In this document: positions 47,165 to 52,651 of the stretch, piece by piece
Layout: every line of letters starts with the position of its first letter
Position numbering within the stretch: the first letter of the stretch is position 1
DNA from: an uncultured Zetaproteobacteria bacterium
Lineage (GTDB): Bacteria > Pseudomonadota > Zetaproteobacteria > Mariprofundales > Mariprofundaceae
Assembly: GCA_964505835.1 (NCBI GenBank)
Contig: CAZDJY010000001.1
Coordinates: 1-52,651, forward strand
Direction: 5' to 3'
Length of the DNA stretch: 52,651 nt
The notes under the pieces: model-generated
Databases searched by the model: none
What the model saw: the letters and a program-made list of their open reading frames with translations, nothing else
What the model was told of the DNA's origin: nothing
Made by a program: the position numbers and the translations under genes

Positions 47165-48521
47165 TGTGTTGTTGGTCGAGGATGAGGCCAATGCTCGCAA
47201 GATTCTGAGTATGGGACTTGAGTTGCAGGGCCATCAGGTCGTGGCTTGCTCGGGGCCGGGCGATGCCGGGGTCGCATTGAAGAAACAGCACTTTGATGTG
47301 GTGCTCACGGATCTGCGCATGGACGGCCGCGATGCCGGTCTGGAGGTTATCAAGACAAGCCGGAGCTTGCAGCCCGATACGCCGGTTATGCTGCTGACTG
47401 CCTTCGCCAGTGCGGAAACTGCCGTGGCTGCGATGAAGGAAGGAGCATACGACTATCTGACCAAGCCGGTTTCCACCGAGGAGCTTGCCGATGCCGTCGA
47501 ACGGGCTTTGCTTGGCTCCAATCCCAAACCAGTCGCGCATAGCAGCAATAAACCGCCGGAGGGCGGAGCGACGCTCCTGATTGGTGAAACCGAATCGATG
47601 CAGCGTGTGCGGGAACGGCTGCAGCGAGCCGCGAAATCCGAATTCACGGTGTTGATTTCCGGCGAGTCGGGTACTGGCAAGGAATTAGCGGCGCGCTATG
47701 TCCATGAACATTCTGGCCGCAAGGAAGCCCCATTCGTCCCGGTACATTGCGGCGCAATTCCGGAGGGCTTGTTTGAATCGGAATTGTTCGGTCATCGCAA
47801 AGGGGCTTTCACAGGTGCTGAGAATGATCGCACCGGTCTGATCGAATCGGCGGACCATGGCACCCTGTTTCTTGATGAAGTCGGGGAGATGCCGTTAACG
47901 GCCCAGGTTAAATTGCTCCGGGCTTTGCAGGAGCGACGTATCCGACGGGTCGGTGATGACAAGGAACATGATGTTGATGTGCGAATTGTTGCAGCTACCA
48001 ACCGTGATCTTGAAGCGGAGGTCAAAAAGGGGCACTTTCGCGAGGATCTGTTTTTCCGCCTCAATGTCGTGCCGGTGCATCTGCCTCCTTTGCGTCAGCG
48101 TCGGGAGGATATTCCTCTGCTTGCCAGAGCCATGATCCGGGAATGGGGGGAAGGTCGGGTCAGGTTGACCGATGCTTGTCTGCAACGCCTGGCTAAGCTG
48201 CCGTTTATGGGCAATGTGCGGGAGCTGGAGAATTTGCTGCAGCGCATGCTGGCTTTGAGCGAGGGAGATGATCTGGATATGGATCTGTTTGACGAGCTGT
48301 ATCCCTCCATTCCAAATGACTCACAGGCTTCACTTGCAACACTGGAAGAGCAGCAAATGGATCTGGATAGCTGGATGGAGGCTCAGGAGCGCCAGCTCAT
48401 CGGTGAGGCGCTGGCTGCCAGCGCGGGTCATATCACCAAGGCTGCCGAAAAACTTGGCATCAGCTTTCGCTCCTTGCGTTATCGCCTGAAAAAGCTCGGT
48501 CTGAACGGGGGCGATGAATGA
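47157..48521 (+). CDS. pilR: Sigma-54-dependent response regulator, PilR-like (NtrC family)
   Basis: Receiver [14 protein letters not shown]+ [14 protein letters not shown] and a C-terminal Fis-type HTH. ATG 47157 follows AAGGAGAGG and overlaps the pilS 3' end by 8 nt. Confidence 0.85.
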   Translation: MADVLLVEDEANARKILSMGLELQGHQVVACSGPGDAGVALKKQHFDVVLTDLRMDGRDAGLEVIKTSRSLQPDTPVMLLTAFASAETAVAAMKEGAYDYLTKPVSTEELADAVERALLGSNPKPVAHSSNKPPEGGATLLIGETESMQRVRERLQRAAKSEFTVLISGESGTGKELAARYVHEHSGRKEAPFVPVHCGAIPEGLFESELFGHRKGAFTGAENDRTGLIESADHGTLFLDEVGEMPLTAQVKLLRALQERRIRRVGDDKEHDVDVRIVAATNRDLEAEVKKGHFREDLFFRLNVVPVHLPPLRQRREDIPLLARAMIREWGEGRVRLTDACLQRLAKLPFMGNVRELENLLQRMLALSEGDDLDMDLFDELYPSIPNDSQASLATLEEQQMDLDSWMEAQERQLIGEALAASAGHITKAAEKLGISFRSLRYRLKKLGLNGGDE

Positions 48522-49300
48522 TTTTGTTCGCCATGGTCTGCGGGCTCTTCGGACTGCTGTTCGGCAGTTTCGCCAATGTATGCGTATACCGCATCCCGAG
48601 AAGGGAGTCCGTCGCATTCCCGGGCAGCCATTGCCCTCGCTGCAATCACGCGATCGACTGGTTTGATAATATCCCGTTATTTTCATGGCTATGGTTGAAG
48701 GGTCGGTGTCGCCATTGCGGGGGAGCTATTGCCTTGCGCTATCCTTTGCTCGAGCTGTTGATGGGTATGAGCTGGGCCTTTCTGGCCTGGCATTTCGGCC
48801 CAAGCCCCCAGTTACTGATGGCATTGGTTCTTTTTTTCCTGCTCTGGGTCCTGAGTGTGATCGATCTGGAGACAGGTCTGTTGCCCAATGCACTGACCTT
48901 TCCCGGCATCGCTATCGGCCTGGCTTTTTCCTGGTGGTTGGGAGATGGCTGGCAGGGATTGCTCGATGCCGGCATCGGGGCATTGGCGGGCTATGGGGTT
49001 TTCTGGCTGGTGGCTCGTGTATTCCTGCTGCTGACCGGACGCGAGGGTATGGGCTACGGTGATTTCAAGCTACTGGCCATGCTGGGGGCTTTCATGGGCT
49101 GGCAGGCGCTGCCGTTTATCGTGTTCGCTTCATCGCTGGTTGGGGCGGTGCTGGGCAGTGTGTTTCTGTTGCTGGCGCGGCGCGGCTTGCGGGCCGAGAT
49201 TCCTTTCGGCCCTTATCTGGCTGTGGCAGGGATGGTCTGGCTGTTGTGGGGCGGGTTGTTGCTTGACTGGTATGCCGGATTGATCGGCTTGGCGCGTTAG
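48518..49300 (+). CDS. pilD: Prepilin peptidase / N-methyltransferase (A24 family)
   Basis: CPRC...CRHC pairs and a catalytic Asp in GMGYGDFKLL. Polytopic. ATGA overlap with pilR. Confidence 0.9.
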   Translation: MILFAMVCGLFGLLFGSFANVCVYRIPRRESVAFPGSHCPRCNHAIDWFDNIPLFSWLWLKGRCRHCGGAIALRYPLLELLMGMSWAFLAWHFGPSPQLLMALVLFFLLWVLSVIDLETGLLPNALTFPGIAIGLAFSWWLGDGWQGLLDAGIGALAGYGVFWLVARVFLLLTGREGMGYGDFKLLAMLGAFMGWQALPFIVFASSLVGAVLGSVFLLLARRGLRAEIPFGPYLAVAGMVWLLWGGLLLDWYAGLIGLAR

Positions 49301-49308
49301 GTGTTTGT

Positions 49309-49923
49309 TTGAGTCAACCGGCCAGAGTCGGCCTGACCGGCGGTATTGGCAGCGGCAAGAGCACCGCCGCTGCGATGTTTTCGGCCTTGGGCGTTCCGGT
49401 GCTCGATCTGGATCAAGTGGGGCGCTCACTGGCCATGCCGGGTTCTCTATGTTTACGTCGTCTGGTCACAGCTTTCGGCGAGGAGATTTTGCGTGCTGAT
49501 GGTTCGCTGAATCGGATGAAACTTGCTTCGCTATGTTTTTCGGATGCCGATAAAACGGCGCGGCTCAATGCCATCATGCATCCGTTGATCAGGCAGGAGG
49601 AGCAGGCATGGCTTAGTTGTCAGCAGGCTGATTTCGCCATTATCGAGGCATCTGTATTGATTGAATCCGGCGGTGCTGAGCGCATGGATGCCGTGATTGC
49701 CATCCTGGCGGAGGAGGGTTTGCGCCGCCGACGTGTGCTGGAACGGGGCCTGCAGGATGCCGAGGGTTTTGAAAGAATCCTCAGTCGCCAGTGCAGTGAT
49801 ACTGAGAGGCGCAGGGTGTCGGATTATATTATCACGAATGACGGTGAGCTGGCTGAGCTTGAGCGTCAGGTAAAGTCAATTTACCGGCAATTGCTTGCGC
49901 GCTTTGCCGCGCCCGAGTCTTGA
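49309..49923 (+). CDS. coaE: Dephospho-CoA kinase
   Basis: P-loop GLTGGIGSGKST. Position after pilD as in the Pseudomonas pilBCD-coaE cluster. TTG start. Confidence 0.9.
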   Translation: MSQPARVGLTGGIGSGKSTAAAMFSALGVPVLDLDQVGRSLAMPGSLCLRRLVTAFGEEILRADGSLNRMKLASLCFSDADKTARLNAIMHPLIRQEEQAWLSCQQADFAIIEASVLIESGGAERMDAVIAILAEEGLRRRRVLERGLQDAEGFERILSRQCSDTERRRVSDYIITNDGELAELERQVKSIYRQLLARFAAPES

Positions 49924-50079
49924 CAGAGGTGTGAAGGCGCTTTAGCAATCCAACCTGTGTCGGGCATTCCCCGACTTCCTGTGAAGCAGGCGCTTGCTGG
50001 CCTCATTTATTCAACGAATTATTGATGTGTACGCTACAACAGTTTTTTATCTGTCTGGGCCGAAATTTCTGGAGAACAC

Positions 50080-51756
50080 ATGTCCGAAACAAACGAATCA
50101 ACCCCAGTCGTGGAAAGTGCCACGCCATCTGCTGATGTAGCAGTTGAAGAAAAACCTCGCCGCAGAGGGCGTCCGCGCAAGGTCCTGGTCGAACAGGCTG
50201 CTGAGGCTCCAACAGCAGACGCTCCTAAGGCAGATTCGCCGGCGGAAGCTTCGGCGAGCGAAGATAAGCCCCGTCGCAGAGGCCGTCCCCGCAAGAGCGA
50301 AAAGGTTGAAGCTGTGCAAGCCGCTGAACCTGCCGCGGATGAGAAGCCTGCCAAGGCCCGCGCCAATCAATCAGCCGAATCCGAGAGCGGAGAAAAGTTC
50401 CAGGGAAATCGCAAGGGTCGCTGGCAGAAGGGCAAGAACAATCGCAAGCGTCGTGATGAACCCGAGGAAAGGATCTCGGACGAGATGGAAGGCGTGACGT
50501 TGAATCTGAAAGAGGTCTCGGCCAAGAGTCCGACCGAGTTGCTCGAGCTTGCCGAAAAATACGAAATTGATAATGCAGCCGGCATGCGCAAGCAGGAACA
50601 GGTATCCGCGATTTTGCGAGCCCACGGACTGCGCGCCGGTACGATTTACAGTGAAGGCGTACTTGAGATTTTGCCGGATGGTTTTGGCTTCCTGCGCTCT
50701 CCTGATGCCAATTATCTTTCCGGGCCGGATGATGTGTATGTTTCTACGCATCAGATTCGCCGTTTTTTCCTGCGCAAGGGCGATACTGTAGCCGGAGAAA
50801 TCCGGGCACCGCGCCGGGGCGAAAAATATTTCGCGTTGAAAACCGTTGATACGACCAATGGTGAGCCACCCGAGGTGGCGCGCACCAAGGTGCTGTTCGA
50901 CAATCTGACGCCGCTTTATCCGAATGAACGCCTGACGATGGAGATTGATAACCCAACGCGCAAGGATATCACGGGCCGCATCATCGATATTGTTTCGCCG
51001 ATCGGCAAAGGCCAGCGCGCCTTGCTGGTCGCACCGCCACGTACCGGCAAGACGGTGATGATGCAGTCGATTGCCCATTCGATCGAAGCCAATCATCCCG
51101 AAGTTGAGCTGATTGTATTATTGATCGATGAGCGCCCTGAGGAAGTGACCGACATGAAACGTTCGGTGAAGGGTGAGGTTGTTTCTTCGACCTTCGATGA
51201 GCCGGCTCAGCGGCATGTACAGGTCTCCGAAATGGTCATCGAAAAGGCCAAACGTCTGGTTGAACATGGCCGTGATGTGGTGATTCTTCTTGATTCGATT
51301 ACCCGTCTGGCGCGTGCCTACAATACGGTGGTTCCTTCATCCGGCAAGATTCTGACCGGTGGTGTGGATGCCAATGCCCTGCATCGTCCAAAGCGTTTCT
51401 TCGGTGCTGCGCGTAATATCGAGGGGGGTGGTTCGTTGACGATTATCGCGACAGCGCTTGTCGAGACCGGCTCCAAGATGGATGAGGTGATCTTTGAGGA
51501 ATTCAAGGGTACCGGCAATATGGAGATCAAGCTGGATCGCAAACTCACCGACAAGCGTGTGTTCCCGTCGATAGATATTGCACCGTCCGGTACGCGTAAG
51601 GAAGAATTGCTGACGCCGCGTGATGATCTGCAGAAGGTGTGGATTCTGCGCAAGATCCTCTCCCCGATGGGTACCATCGATGCGATGGAATTTTTGCTCG
51701 ATAAACTCGGATCGACGAAGAACAATGCTGAATTTTTCGATAAGATGAATCAGTAG
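50080..51756 (+). CDS. rho: Transcription termination factor Rho with a ~135-aa N-terminal extension
   Basis: Canonical Rho starts at about residue 141 ([23 protein letters not shown]...). Walker A APPRTGKT and [10 protein letters not shown]. The extension carries two PRRRGRPRK motifs. GGAG lies 5 nt before ATG 50080. An internal ATG at 50485 would give a canonical-length protein. Confidence 0.9.
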   Translation: MSETNESTPVVESATPSADVAVEEKPRRRGRPRKVLVEQAAEAPTADAPKADSPAEASASEDKPRRRGRPRKSEKVEAVQAAEPAADEKPAKARANQSAESESGEKFQGNRKGRWQKGKNNRKRRDEPEERISDEMEGVTLNLKEVSAKSPTELLELAEKYEIDNAAGMRKQEQVSAILRAHGLRAGTIYSEGVLEILPDGFGFLRSPDANYLSGPDDVYVSTHQIRRFFLRKGDTVAGEIRAPRRGEKYFALKTVDTTNGEPPEVARTKVLFDNLTPLYPNERLTMEIDNPTRKDITGRIIDIVSPIGKGQRALLVAPPRTGKTVMMQSIAHSIEANHPEVELIVLLIDERPEEVTDMKRSVKGEVVSSTFDEPAQRHVQVSEMVIEKAKRLVEHGRDVVILLDSITRLARAYNTVVPSSGKILTGGVDANALHRPKRFFGAARNIEGGGSLTIIATALVETGSKMDEVIFEEFKGTGNMEIKLDRKLTDKRVFPSIDIAPSGTRKEELLTPRDDLQKVWILRKILSPMGTIDAMEFLLDKLGSTKNNAEFFDKMNQ

Positions 51757-51764
51757 CAGCCCGG

Positions 51765-52391
51765 CTATACGAACTGGTCCGGCAGCGAATGAAATGAAGG
51801 CATGTGGTAATCCCATGTGCCTTTTTCTTTTGCATGGGTGATCCAGACTGTTTTGCAGCCCAGTTCTCGGGCAACGGCCAGATTGTCGGCCATATCGTCC
51901 ACCACCAGTGTGCGTTGAGGTGTTGTGGCTTCGCTCTGGATCAGCATGGACAGGGTTTTCCTGCACGGCTTGGGGATGTAGTCATTGAATCGAATATCAT
52001 AGATCCGTTCAAAGTGATGCGCGATGCCGAGAGCTTTAAGGATACGCTCGGCATGTTCGCGGATGCCGTTGGTGTGGATCACCTTGCGGCCGGGCAAGCG
52101 GCTTAACGCATCATCCAGTTCCGGATCGGGCACAAGCAACTCATGGGCATTGATATCATGCACATCTTTCAGGAAAGCCTCCGGCTCCATGCCGTGATGC
52201 AGCATCATGCCGCGCAGGGTGGTGCCGTATTGCTTCCAGTATTTCACCCGCAGTTTATCGGCTGTTTCACCATCCACGCCCAGTTCATTGGCGACAAAAG
52301 CCGTCATGCGCTTATCCATGCGGGCGAACACGCCCGAATCGGCAGCATAAAGCGTGTTGTCCAGATCAATAATAGCTAAATCGAAGGGCAT
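51765..52391 (-). CDS. HAD-superfamily hydrolase, pyrimidine 5'-nucleotidase-like
   Basis: DxDxT motif IIDLDNTLY, TNG, and DD in LVVDDMADNL. Confidence 0.7.
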   Translation of the reverse strand: MPFDLAIIDLDNTLYAADSGVFARMDKRMTAFVANELGVDGETADKLRVKYWKQYGTTLRGMMLHHGMEPEAFLKDVHDINAHELLVPDPELDDALSRLPGRKVIHTNGIREHAERILKALGIAHHFERIYDIRFNDYIPKPCRKTLSMLIQSEATTPQRTLVVDDMADNLAVARELGCKTVWITHAKEKGTWDYHMPSFHSLPDQFV

Positions 52392-52651
52392 GGAGAAAGA
52401 CTAACAGAATTGCACGATATTGTTTTAGTGTGGTGTTTTTTGAGCCTAACTATAGAACGACAATGATGATAGCCGGCAGCGTTATTGAACTTGGTCGGTG
52501 GACTAACAATATGGGTGTCTGCTTCCGGCTGCGGATTCAACTCACTGGAATTGCACTTAGGAGTTGAACCCGCGAGGTGGCTGAACAGCCGCTATTAGCT
52601 GTTTCATCATCACCATAGCATGCCCAAAGCCTTAATCGTTTTCAGTGCTGA

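Noticed and set aside
52560-52574. CGCGGGTTCAACTCC on the minus strand resembles a tRNA/tmRNA T-arm, suggesting a tRNA gene.
   Set aside because: There is no complementary 3' half of the T-stem, no acceptor stem and no anticodon arm around it. The motif is also one arm of a 13-bp inverted repeat. It is kept only as a possible relic in the findings.

Overview
This is a 52.6-kb chromosomal segment with proteobacterial-type gene content and roughly mid-50s %GC (by eye). Most of it is housekeeping. All family calls come from motifs and remembered family architecture in the supplied translations; no database search was run. The ORF track uses alternative start codons, so many starts were re-picked using Shine-Dalgarno (SD) spacing.

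Left third: an SDR, a NusG-II/Gx-transporter/TonB-like trio, mutY, a VOC protein, ggt, VanZ, TerB, a CaCA antiporter and yegQ (U32). It continues with a TAXI-type binding-protein gene frameshifted inside a G7 run, a SixA-like phosphatase, a TRIC/UPF0126 channel, an HI0933-type flavoprotein and exported msrA/msrB.

Middle: a two-gene operon (zinc-finger membrane protein plus a GspG-like prepilin with a 53-aa polybasic tail), a DUF481 outer-membrane protein, an EF-hand protein, yaiI and a DUF992 lipoprotein. Then come a split class II ribonucleotide reductase (nrdJa ... nrdJb), ubiE-ubiJ-ubiB, metK and an SAH riboswitch with ahcY.

Right: atpIBEFHAGDC-glmUS, aroE-pilB-pilC-pilS-pilR-pilD-coaE, rho and a HAD nucleotidase. 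I saw no rRNA, tRNA, CRISPR array, transposase or integrase.

The least ordinary signals are:
- a ~157-bp intergenic element in four copies that folds into five hairpins, with compensatory substitutions between copies and ends that sit on stop codons;
- the polybasic-tailed prepilin operon;
- nrdJa and nrdJb separated by 740 bp holding one element copy and two SD-preceded small ORFs;
- a Rho N-terminal extension with a duplicated PRRRGRPRK motif whose nucleotide differences are all synonymous;
- two G/C homopolymer tracts at functionally sensitive positions.
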